Positions 29,251 through 36,950 of a stretch of 64,000 nucleotides of DNA are shown here, in pieces. The stretch comes from Minisyncoccota bacterium (lineage in GTDB: Bacteria; Patescibacteriota; Minisyncoccia; Phycocordibacterales; CSBR16-193), in assembly GCA_040905715.1 (NCBI GenBank), contig JBBDRA010000003.1, positions 135,075 through 199,074 on the forward strand, written 5' to 3'. The translations under genes and the position numbers were made by a program. Under the pieces are notes generated by a model. That model did no database searches. It saw nothing but the letters and a program-made list of their open reading frames with translations, and was not told where the DNA came from. How positions within the stretch are numbered: position 1 is the stretch's first letter; the number at the start of each line of letters is the position of its first letter.

Positions 29251-30723
29251 ATGAATTTAACAAAAACAGACTTTAAAGAATACTTAATTTGCCCCAAATG
29301 GTTATGGGTAAAGAAAAAGAAACCTGAACTTGCAGTTGAGGGTGAGATGTCGCTATTCCTGAAGAAACTTATTAAAGATGGATATGAGGTTGAGGAATTC
29401 GCTCAGCAGATGTTTCCAAGTGGTGTTGAGATAACTGGCAACTCAGGTGTACTGAAAGAAAAAACTCAGGAATATCTAGAAAAAAATCAAACAATGTTTC
29501 AAGCGACTTTTGAGACAGACAGAGGCTTGTTTGCAAAGGCAGACGTTCTCGAATTTGATGAAGAAAGTGGTAAGTGGAATATCTATGAAATTAAGGCAAG
29601 TTCTTCAATCAAGACCGATCTTCAACATAATCATCTAAAAGATATTACATTTCAAACAATCGTCGCCGAAGAATCAGGGATTCCTATAAATAAAAGTTTT
29701 ATCATCCATATCAATAAGGAATACAAACGAGAGGGTGAAATAAACCCAAGAGAATTATTTGTTATAGAAGACGTCTCTAAAGATGTCCAAGAAGGTAAAG
29801 AAAAAGTAAACCAAGAAATTGAGACTGCTTTAGATTTTTTAAGTAAAGATAAAATCTCAATGGAAGGTTGTGAGTGTTTATACAAATCACACGGACAAAG
29901 ATGTGATTCATTCACAGTCTTTAACCCTAAGGTGCCTGAATATTCAGTTCATCATATCGTTGGTGGAAAGAAACTCCTCTCACTTATTGAAACTGATGTA
30001 TTTGATGTGAAAGAGATTCCAGAAGATTTTAATCTTACCGATAAGCAACAAGAAAAAGTCACACTCCAAAAAACCGGTAAGCCAATAATCGATGAAGAGT
30101 CAATCAGAGAAACGCTTTCTAATTTAACTTTCCCTCTGTATTTCTTAGATTATGAGACTTTTGGTAAGCCATATCCAATACTTGATGGATACACCTCAAA
30201 TCAGCAGATTGTATTTCAATACTCACTACATATTCTAAAGGAAGATGGTTCTTTAGAGCATCGTGAGTATTTAGCTGATGATTTTGAGAATGCCACAAAA
30301 GGACTCCTTGATCATATGAATGAGCATATTGGCCCTACAGGAACTGTTGTCGTCTGGTATGAATCATTTGAAAAAGGAAGAAATAGGGAGCTTGCTGAAA
30401 TACATTCAGAATATGCTGACTTTCTGCACAATATAAACAGCCGAATCTACGATCTAATGCTTATATTTAAAAAAGATTACCTACACCCTGATTTTTATGG
30501 GAGTGCCTCTATCAAAAAAGTGCTTCCTGTAATGCTTCCAGAATTATCCTACAAGAACTTAGAAGTTCAAGACGGAACAATGGCTATGAGCGAATGGGAG
30601 AAGATAGCTACTGGAAAAATTACAGGTGAAGAGGCAGAAGAATTACGAAAACATCTACTGGAATACTGTGAACGAGATACGTTTGCGATGGTTGAGTTGT
30701 TTAAGAAGCTACAACAATTATAA
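29251..30723 (+). CDS. Cas4/RecB-like PD-(D/E)xK nuclease with Fe-S cysteine set, fused to a C-terminal RNase-H-like domain (DUF2779-like architecture)
   Basis: N-terminal YLICPKWLW. Catalytic ADVLEFDE...IYEIKAS (D...ExK). The Cys cluster CECLYKSHGQRC together with the N-terminal Cys gives a Cas4-type 4-Cys arrangement. The C-terminal LYFLDYETF...VVVWYESFEKG resembles the FLDFET RNase-H-like domain. Confidence 0.6.
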   Translation: MNLTKTDFKEYLICPKWLWVKKKKPELAVEGEMSLFLKKLIKDGYEVEEFAQQMFPSGVEITGNSGVLKEKTQEYLEKNQTMFQATFETDRGLFAKADVLEFDEESGKWNIYEIKASSSIKTDLQHNHLKDITFQTIVAEESGIPINKSFIIHINKEYKREGEINPRELFVIEDVSKDVQEGKEKVNQEIETALDFLSKDKISMEGCECLYKSHGQRCDSFTVFNPKVPEYSVHHIVGGKKLLSLIETDVFDVKEIPEDFNLTDKQQEKVTLQKTGKPIIDEESIRETLSNLTFPLYFLDYETFGKPYPILDGYTSNQQIVFQYSLHILKEDGSLEHREYLADDFENATKGLLDHMNEHIGPTGTVVVWYESFEKGRNRELAEIHSEYADFLHNINSRIYDLMLIFKKDYLHPDFYGSASIKKVLPVMLPELSYKNLEVQDGTMAMSEWEKIATGKITGEEAEELRKHLLEYCERDTFAMVELFKKLQQL

Positions 30724-30762
30724 ATATGATGCATGTTATTGAACTTATAAATTATCTTACAG

Positions 30763-31605
30763 ATGTTTTCAAAGTTAATTTTTTTAAAAGACAAACTGTT
30801 TCTTAAAATAAGAAACAAAAAGGATGTAAGACTATACACCTTCAAATCAAAACTACTGCTATATGGAAAAAGAAATTTTAAGCAATATTTCACGATAGCA
30901 AGAGACGGAACTGTGACAGAGAGGATTCTTTTGAATGTACCTGATGTTTCATTAAGAGAAGAAATTATTTGTAAACACTACCTTTCTTTTTTAGTTAAAA
31001 ACTTAATAAAGGAACCTATCGGTATCAACTTGCTAAAAAGGGATCAGCCATGGGATTTTAGTGTTGAGCTCAGTAATGGTGATAAGTTTAATATAGAAAT
31101 CACATCAATCGCTGAAAACAAGGAGTTGTTTGAGAAATTAAAACGTGAAGAGGAGTTTGAAAAAATAGTCGCGAGAAAAAATATTTTATTGCGCGAACTC
31201 AAAAAAATCCATTTCTGGTTTCGTAACAAAAAGGCAAAACAGACCATCAATGATGCTGAAGAAAATTTTTTAAATAAAAACGATAAAGTATTGAATCCTT
31301 TTTACAATTATCCAAGCAGGATTTTCTATAGTAGTTACATAAAGAATGAGGGGGACTCTCTGAAAGATTTGATATCAGGAGCAATTAAAAGAAAGGTGTC
31401 CAAGTCTCATTTAGATAAAGATAAAACTATTTTAATAATTGATAACCGAACTATCCAATTCGGCCTGGAAGACATTTTTTGGGTAATTAAGGAGTTAGAA
31501 GTTGAGTGTGCACACATTCCTTTTCCTGAGATTTATTTCTACACAGGCCACTACTCAGATGACGATGGGAATAATGCTAGGTATTCATTCGTACCCCTTA
31601 AGTAA
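30763..31605 (+). CDS. Hypothetical protein (280 aa), possible degenerate PD-(D/E)xK-like core
   Basis: AT-rich ORF with no clear family. DFSVELSNGDKFNIEITS might be a D...E-x-(K/T) nuclease-like core. Speculative. Confidence 0.35.
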   Translation: MFSKLIFLKDKLFLKIRNKKDVRLYTFKSKLLLYGKRNFKQYFTIARDGTVTERILLNVPDVSLREEIICKHYLSFLVKNLIKEPIGINLLKRDQPWDFSVELSNGDKFNIEITSIAENKELFEKLKREEEFEKIVARKNILLRELKKIHFWFRNKKAKQTINDAEENFLNKNDKVLNPFYNYPSRIFYSSYIKNEGDSLKDLISGAIKRKVSKSHLDKDKTILIIDNRTIQFGLEDIFWVIKELEVECAHIPFPEIYFYTGHYSDDDGNNARYSFVPLK

Positions 31606-31663
31606 CCAGAAAAACATTAAAAACATGCTCACGTCCCTCAGCTATCGAGTTTTCTGAGGGGGG

Positions 31664-32278
31664 TTACCGTTTATTTCTCCTTATCTTTTTTCTATCAAGA
31701 AGTTTCTGAAGATTATCCGCCACCTCTTTAGCTCCGTCTATTTTCAATTTATCTTTTACATCATAAAACTGATCAAAGAAATCATTTATAATATGACGCA
31801 CCTCCTCGCTAGTTCGTTCTTTGGTTCCAAGTTCTTTAATTCTTTTCGATAGCTCGTGAACCAAATCTTCTTTACTTATTTTCTGTTTTTTTCTGCCTCT
31901 ATACTTTTCTATATTGGGTTCTTTATAACCACAAACCCGACATGTTTCTCCAGATTCAAGTTTGTGTGGATGAGTAACTGGATCGACATAAGTTGTACGA
32001 ACTGGTTTGTATCTCGGATTGTTGTATTGAAGCCAGAATATAATAAGGCGAGCATTTTCGTTTTTGATGCCTTTAATAACCGCTGACTCAGCCATGTCAT
32101 TTATGTTCTGCCGACCTATTTCCAATATCGCATCAGTCTGATCACGAAAGTCTTTATCATCCTTACGCCATCTGTAGTAGGTGGTTCGATCAAGGCCGAT
32201 TTTCTTACAGGCAAAAGACACAATTGGTGTCTCTGCCAATATTTGTAATAGTTTCGATTTATCACCCAACCTAGCCAT
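31664..32278 (-). CDS. Phage terminase small subunit (TerS)-like HTH protein
   Basis: N-terminal HTH PIVSFACKKIGLDRTTYYRWRKDDKDF followed by NARLIIFWLQYNNPRY. Compare the aaIFwLKNRrPExW pattern of phage TerS proteins. Confidence 0.5.
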   Translation of the reverse strand: MARLGDKSKLLQILAETPIVSFACKKIGLDRTTYYRWRKDDKDFRDQTDAILEIGRQNINDMAESAVIKGIKNENARLIIFWLQYNNPRYKPVRTTYVDPVTHPHKLESGETCRVCGYKEPNIEKYRGRKKQKISKEDLVHELSKRIKELGTKERTSEEVRHIINDFFDQFYDVKDKLKIDGAKEVADNLQKLLDRKKIRRNKR

Positions 32279-33587
32279 TAATCTTTACCCGTTTCTTACC
32301 CGTATATTTCTCCCATCTATTCAAGATCACTTCCGTATAGACATTCGATTTTTCCATGAGGAAACAACGCCTATTTAACCTATTGGCTGCGATTAAGGTA
32401 GATCCGCTTCCACCAAACGGTTCATACACCAATTCGTCTCTTTTCGTTAGTATCTTTATATACGGAATCAGTATTTCTACAGGTTTCGTGCCAAAGATAA
32501 TTCCCTGACCGCTAGATTTTTCATCCGCCGCATTATGTTCAATAAAGTCAGTTGGGCAGTACTTTTTGTTTTTTCCATATGACTCCCAGTGTGGTTTGCC
32601 GGATATAGCAAACAGAGCGGTTTCGTATTCATTTTCAACAAGTTCCCCCTCTTGTTCTAAATTAACCTCTTTGTTATCCGTACCAACCATAGCAATGTCA
32701 TACTTTGAAAAGAGTTTGTGCTTTCCGGCATACCCTTGATTTCTGTTGGGGAGATGCCAGATAAGCATATTCCTGACTTTCCAGTATTTCTCCATCTCAT
32801 TCCAGATCGTCCTGATATTTTTCCAGTTTTCATAGACAATGATAGCGAAATGCTCGTCTTGTATTTTATTCACATTCGCCATCCACTTTTCGGTAAAGTC
32901 TTCGGGGATAGATTCGGTTTCTAAGTACCTTCTGTTTTTCTTGGCTCCAAAGCCGGTGGTTGCTTCACCGTGTTTAGTCTTGCCGTGTAGGTAATCTAAA
33001 ATATATGGAGGGTCCGTCATAACCATCTGGGCTTTTTCTTTACCAAACAGTTTTGTGACATCTGCCTCTGTTGTGCTATCACCACACATTAAGCGTGACC
33101 CATCGAGATCATAGATATCTCCCTTTTTGACAGTGACTTCTTTGATATCCAGTTTTTCTAGTTCTTTTTGGAGATCAAAAAGTTCTTCTTCGTGATCTTC
33201 GTCGAAAATAATATCTAGTTCTTCGGAATCAAATCCGATGTCAGCTAGAATGGTTTCATCGAATTCTGCCAAAAGGTCATAATTAAATTCTCCTTGATTT
33301 TTGTTTAAACGAAGATTTAATTCTTTTTCTTTTTCCTCGGTTAGATCAAGAAAAACCACAGGAATAGTTGTGTGACCAAGCTCCTTACACACCTCGAGTC
33401 GAAAGTGGCCACCAATAACGACATTGGTTCTCTCTTTATTTTTATTAACAATCAACGGATCAATTGTGCCAAAACGATTGATACTCTCTTTTAATTGTTT
33501 TTTCTGAAATTCATCCCATGTACGAGGATTATATTCAGAAGCGTGAAGTAGATTTATATCTACATATTCTATTTTGATGTTGCTCAT
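32271..33587 (-). CDS. ParB-like nuclease domain fused to N6-adenine/N4-cytosine DNA methyltransferase (orphan MTase)
   Basis: N-terminal ParB/Srx domain (IEYVDINLLHASEYNPRTW...GGHFRLEVCKELG). MTase motif IV MVMTDPPY and motif I VYEPFGGSGSTLIAA. No adjacent restriction endonuclease. Confidence 0.8.
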   Translation of the reverse strand: MSNIKIEYVDINLLHASEYNPRTWDEFQKKQLKESINRFGTIDPLIVNKNKERTNVVIGGHFRLEVCKELGHTTIPVVFLDLTEEKEKELNLRLNKNQGEFNYDLLAEFDETILADIGFDSEELDIIFDEDHEEELFDLQKELEKLDIKEVTVKKGDIYDLDGSRLMCGDSTTEADVTKLFGKEKAQMVMTDPPYILDYLHGKTKHGEATTGFGAKKNRRYLETESIPEDFTEKWMANVNKIQDEHFAIIVYENWKNIRTIWNEMEKYWKVRNMLIWHLPNRNQGYAGKHKLFSKYDIAMVGTDNKEVNLEQEGELVENEYETALFAISGKPHWESYGKNKKYCPTDFIEHNAADEKSSGQGIIFGTKPVEILIPYIKILTKRDELVYEPFGGSGSTLIAANRLNRRCFLMEKSNVYTEVILNRWEKYTGKKRVKING

Positions 33588-33677
33588 AATAACTTAATAA
33601 TTAAACTAATAAACCGTAGCTTTTTGCTACGGTCTTATTTAATCATTAAAAATTTTTGGATTTCATAAAAAAGTACC

Positions 33678-34388
33678 TCACTTTTTTATGAACTTTTTAA
33701 ATACCCGATCCCTTATCTTTTTTATTTGGTCGGATATATTATATATCTCTGACTTACTCGGTCTTTTTCCAGTCTTATCTTCTATAAAGTCTGCTATATC
33801 CTCTGATGTTCTGGTGATATATTCTTGGTCTCCATAGTCAAAATAAATTCTTTTGTTTTCCCATTGATCTTTGATTGCGAGTTTTCTATCTAAATCTTTT
33901 ATTTTCTTGTTAGAAAAAAGTCTCTTACCAAAAAACTTATTTGTAAACTCTTTTATAGTTAACCAATCTTTGTCAGTTAATTTATTATTTATAGTAAGTT
34001 GTACCGCTCTATTTCCAACAGTTGGTTTGATAGAAAAAGGTAACCCTGGAAGTTTTTTAATTTCACCAGTTATTATGTATTGTCTTATCGTCTCAAACCA
34101 GTTATCAGGATAATTAAAGTCCTTAATTATCTCTTGGATACTTGCAGTAAAATAGTTTATGAGTTCCTCCGCATTTTCCTTATGTAGTAATTTATTAAAC
34201 CAAGCCTCAATTGATTGATCCTCATCTTTAGATTCGCTATCTCCATAAAGGCCTTCAGGGATTTCTAAATAGGATCGAATTTCTTGAATTCTTTTTCCAA
34301 ATTCTGGATCACTAAAAGCCAATCGTATATTGTCTTTGTTTCTAGAGCCGTATTCACTTATTTTCCGTTTTAAACCCTTATCTTTCAT
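33678..34388 (-). CDS. Hypothetical protein (236 aa), basic/acidic K/E-rich
   Basis: ORF with island-like AT-rich composition. No recognisable motif. Confidence 0.35.
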   Translation of the reverse strand: MKDKGLKRKISEYGSRNKDNIRLAFSDPEFGKRIQEIRSYLEIPEGLYGDSESKDEDQSIEAWFNKLLHKENAEELINYFTASIQEIIKDFNYPDNWFETIRQYIITGEIKKLPGLPFSIKPTVGNRAVQLTINNKLTDKDWLTIKEFTNKFFGKRLFSNKKIKDLDRKLAIKDQWENKRIYFDYGDQEYITRTSEDIADFIEDKTGKRPSKSEIYNISDQIKKIRDRVFKKFIKK

Positions 34389-34726
34389 TGTTTTGATGAT
34401 AGTTTGTTTGTATTATGAAAGCAACAGTTATATGCTCCCTCGTGTAGTATTTGTTGCATTTTTTACAAGTTACAGCCCGACCCGACCTCCTCAAAATCCG
34501 CTATACTAAAACCACCAAGAAACCCTTGTGGGGCTTGAAATAATTTATTACTTAACCCGAACTGCCCGCCGAAGAGTTTTGCGATGAGGTGGAGAGGGCG
34601 AGCGCAGTATTTTTGAAAAAAATACGTCGCGCGGACTCGAAAAGGTTCTTTAGATATTTTGTGAGCTTGCCTGCTGGCAGGCAGGGAACGAGACAAAATA
34701 TCAAAAACCTGTACTGATCCTGTAAG

Positions 34727-34750
34727 GATCGAGTCCCGCCGCCTCCGCAG
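34727..34750 (+). repeat. Direct repeat of the tRNA-Ser 3' end (attR-like)
   Basis: TCGAGTCCCGCCgcCTCCGCAG here versus TCGAGTCCCGCCctCTCCGCAG at 11862-11883, 20/22 identical in the same orientation. It is followed by a 9-bp inverted repeat CCTCCGCAG...CTGCGGAGG. Confidence 0.55.
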
Positions 34751-34836
34751 ATTTGAGTGTAGCAAAAAGCTGCGGAGGAGAGCAGGGTGTTTTTAAGCGT
34801 TTAGGTGGATTTGAGAGAGTCTGACTTGCACAACAT

Positions 34837-35730
34837 TTGTTTAAGCTGGGTACGTACTTTATTGCGGTTCCTGCGGAATATTTGTATAGTGTTGTTACTA
34901 TGACAAATAAACAAAACAATGTTAATATCTCACCGCGTAAGAGTAAGAAAGTTGTTGCTATAAGTTTTCTTTTCTCAGTCTTTCTGGCTGTGTTATCAAT
35001 TTTTATATCAAATCTTATTATTACACCAAGTCCTTGGGGACCGGTGTATTTTTTTTGGGGTTTTGAAATAGCTAAAATTTTTAGTGCGAGTGTGCTTTTT
35101 ACATTTATAGCATCAGTGCCGTTCATTATTCTAAATTTTTTTGCTGTATTTATTTTTAGAAAACACAGAAGTATTAGGGTTGGATTATTACTGGGTTATT
35201 TGAGTATAATATTAATCTATTTAGTATCATTAGCGCTTTATGGATCTATCCCTTCACTGAATACTATAAATCAAGTTGGTCCGGAAGATGCAAGTCAATG
35301 TGCAGAAATGCAAGTTACTAATAGTACAGAAGGTGCGTTAAGAAACTATTGTTATATAGAAGTTGCTGAAGAGACCTTGAACATTGATTTGTGTGATGAT
35401 CTTGTGAGTGAATATGTAGCCGGAGATATACAATCATGTAAAGATAATATAAATCTTAAGCTTGCATTGGAAAACCTGGATGCTAATTATTGTGAAAATA
35501 TAGTTTACAGCAATAATCGTAATACCTGTAACCTATCTATGTCATTACAAACTGAAAATTATAGTCTTTGCACTAAAATTATTGAGGGAGGCGTCCTTGA
35601 TACTGAGATGTGCTACATGAGGTTCATCAAGCAATATAACTCAGAGGAGATAAGAAACGAACTTTGTCCACTAATAAAAAACCACAGGGATAATGTGAAT
35701 AATCCTTGTAATAAACCCATACCTGAGTAG
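34837..35730 (+). CDS. Multi-TM membrane protein with Cys-rich extracytoplasmic C-terminal domain
   Basis: 4-5 hydrophobic helices, then a C-terminal region with about 14 cysteines (CAEMQV...CYIEV...CDDLV...CKDNI...CENIVY...CNLS...CTKII...CYMRF...CPLIK...CNKP). Confidence 0.4.
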   Translation: MFKLGTYFIAVPAEYLYSVVTMTNKQNNVNISPRKSKKVVAISFLFSVFLAVLSIFISNLIITPSPWGPVYFFWGFEIAKIFSASVLFTFIASVPFIILNFFAVFIFRKHRSIRVGLLLGYLSIILIYLVSLALYGSIPSLNTINQVGPEDASQCAEMQVTNSTEGALRNYCYIEVAEETLNIDLCDDLVSEYVAGDIQSCKDNINLKLALENLDANYCENIVYSNNRNTCNLSMSLQTENYSLCTKIIEGGVLDTEMCYMRFIKQYNSEEIRNELCPLIKNHRDNVNNPCNKPIPE

Positions 35731-35877
35731 TTTGTTTAACATTTAGTCAGTAAGTTTCAACCTTGCGGTTTGGGACATTTGGCATAATTATTTTTGCTTT
35801 AACAAACCCTCGTGAATTATTTCACGAGGGTTTGCTTAAATTCTATAAGCCGTAAGCTGCAACCTATAAGCTAATCT

Positions 35878-36801
35878 TTACACAAACAACTCCTTATAAA
35901 TATCTTCCAACGCTCGGACACCGTCACCGGCAGCAATGTTATTCTGGTGATAAAGCACGTTCGTGCAATCTCCGGCAGCCCAAATACCATCATCAGTTGC
36001 TTTCTGGGTCCATGGGTCGATCTTGATCTGCTTAAAGTCATTCAGTTCAACAATGTTCTCAACGAAAGAAGTATTCGGTACGAGCCCGATCTCAACAAAC
36101 ACACCGGTTGCTGCAAGCTCGTGTGTTTCTTCGGTTGCGAGGTCTTTGTAAACAATTGCTTCTACCATCGCATCGCCTTTGATCTCGATCGGCTCGGCGT
36201 TAGTGATACCGGTGAACTTCTCGTTCTTTTGGAGTTTTTCGACGGTGATCGGGTCACCTTTGAATTCTTCACCTCGGTGAAGAAGAGTAACGCTTTTGGT
36301 GTATGCAACAAGTTGCATGGCGGTTTCAAGGCCTGCGTTACCACCACCGACCACAACAACATCCTGATCAGCAAACATCGGCCCGTCGCAAGATGCGCAG
36401 TATGTTACTCCTTTGTTGTCAAACTTTTCTGCTCCGGGGATCTTAAGCTTGCGCCGGTGGCTACCGGTACCTACGAGAACCGCCTTGCTCTCTATCTCTG
36501 TGCTGTTCTCAGAGATGGTCTTGAAGTGAAACGGTTCGATTTTTTCGATCATTTTGACGCGTTCTCCTTTGAACACAGTCAAGATGTTTTCGGCGTATGC
36601 ATTAAGGTGTTCCTCGAGTTGTTTTGCAAGGTCGTGTCCGGAGATCGAAGGAGTTCCGATCCAGTTCTGAATATCAGTTGAGACTTCACTTTGTCCTCCG
36701 AACGTATCGGTGACAAATGCGGTTTTAAGTCGTTTACGGGAAGCGTATACCCCTGCTGCTACTCCTGCAGGACCGCCACCTATGATCGTTAGGTCGTACA
36801 T
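35878..36801 (-). CDS. trxB: Thioredoxin reductase
   Basis: FAD-binding DLTIIGGGPAGVAAGVYAS. Redox-active CASCDG. NADPH-binding VVVVGGGNAGLETA. Confidence 0.85.
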   Translation of the reverse strand: MYDLTIIGGGPAGVAAGVYASRKRLKTAFVTDTFGGQSEVSTDIQNWIGTPSISGHDLAKQLEEHLNAYAENILTVFKGERVKMIEKIEPFHFKTISENSTEIESKAVLVGTGSHRRKLKIPGAEKFDNKGVTYCASCDGPMFADQDVVVVGGGNAGLETAMQLVAYTKSVTLLHRGEEFKGDPITVEKLQKNEKFTGITNAEPIEIKGDAMVEAIVYKDLATEETHELAATGVFVEIGLVPNTSFVENIVELNDFKQIKIDPWTQKATDDGIWAAGDCTNVLYHQNNIAAGDGVRALEDIYKELFV

Positions 36802-36950
36802 AATTGATTCAGTCTTATTTTATCCGTTCTCATCTCAGTTTTTATCGTTGCATTGTACCAAGTATTCAGTATGCCGTATACCGTATTCAGTGATCGCTCT
36901 GCGGCGGAGCCGCAGAGCGATACAGGATACTCGATACTGAATACAGAAGG

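Larger units (their letters stand above)
11882..34750. mobile_element. Putative ~22.9 kb integrated AT-rich genomic island (possibly composite: metabolic cargo plus a phage-satellite/defence module) inserted at tRNA-Ser
   Basis: Bounded by the intact tRNA-Ser and the partial 3'-end repeat. AT-rich relative to the flanks. Carries a serine recombinase, Xis-like HTH, TerS-like protein, ParB-MTase and defence genes. Confidence 0.45.

Noticed and set aside
34440-34830. Possibility that the GC-rich patch is a tmRNA (ssrA) gene, prompted by the tRNA-like TCGAGTCCCGCC...CTCCGCA 3' segment
   Set aside because: No T-stem can be formed 5' of the TCGAGTC loop. No matching 5' acceptor strand or tag-peptide reading frame ending in a hydrophobic A/L-rich tail was found. 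The region is also too short. The segment is better explained as a partial copy of the tRNA-Ser 3' end.
34463-35126. Minus-strand ORFs of 100 and 141 aa
   Set aside because: They overlap each other and the GC-rich noncoding patch and att-like repeat. One runs antisense into the well-formed membrane-protein ORF at 34837..35730. They have no motifs.
35947-36681. 244-aa plus-strand ORF
   Set aside because: It is antisense to trxB, which has strong FAD/NADPH and CxxC motifs. The translation is Cys/Phe-rich low complexity.
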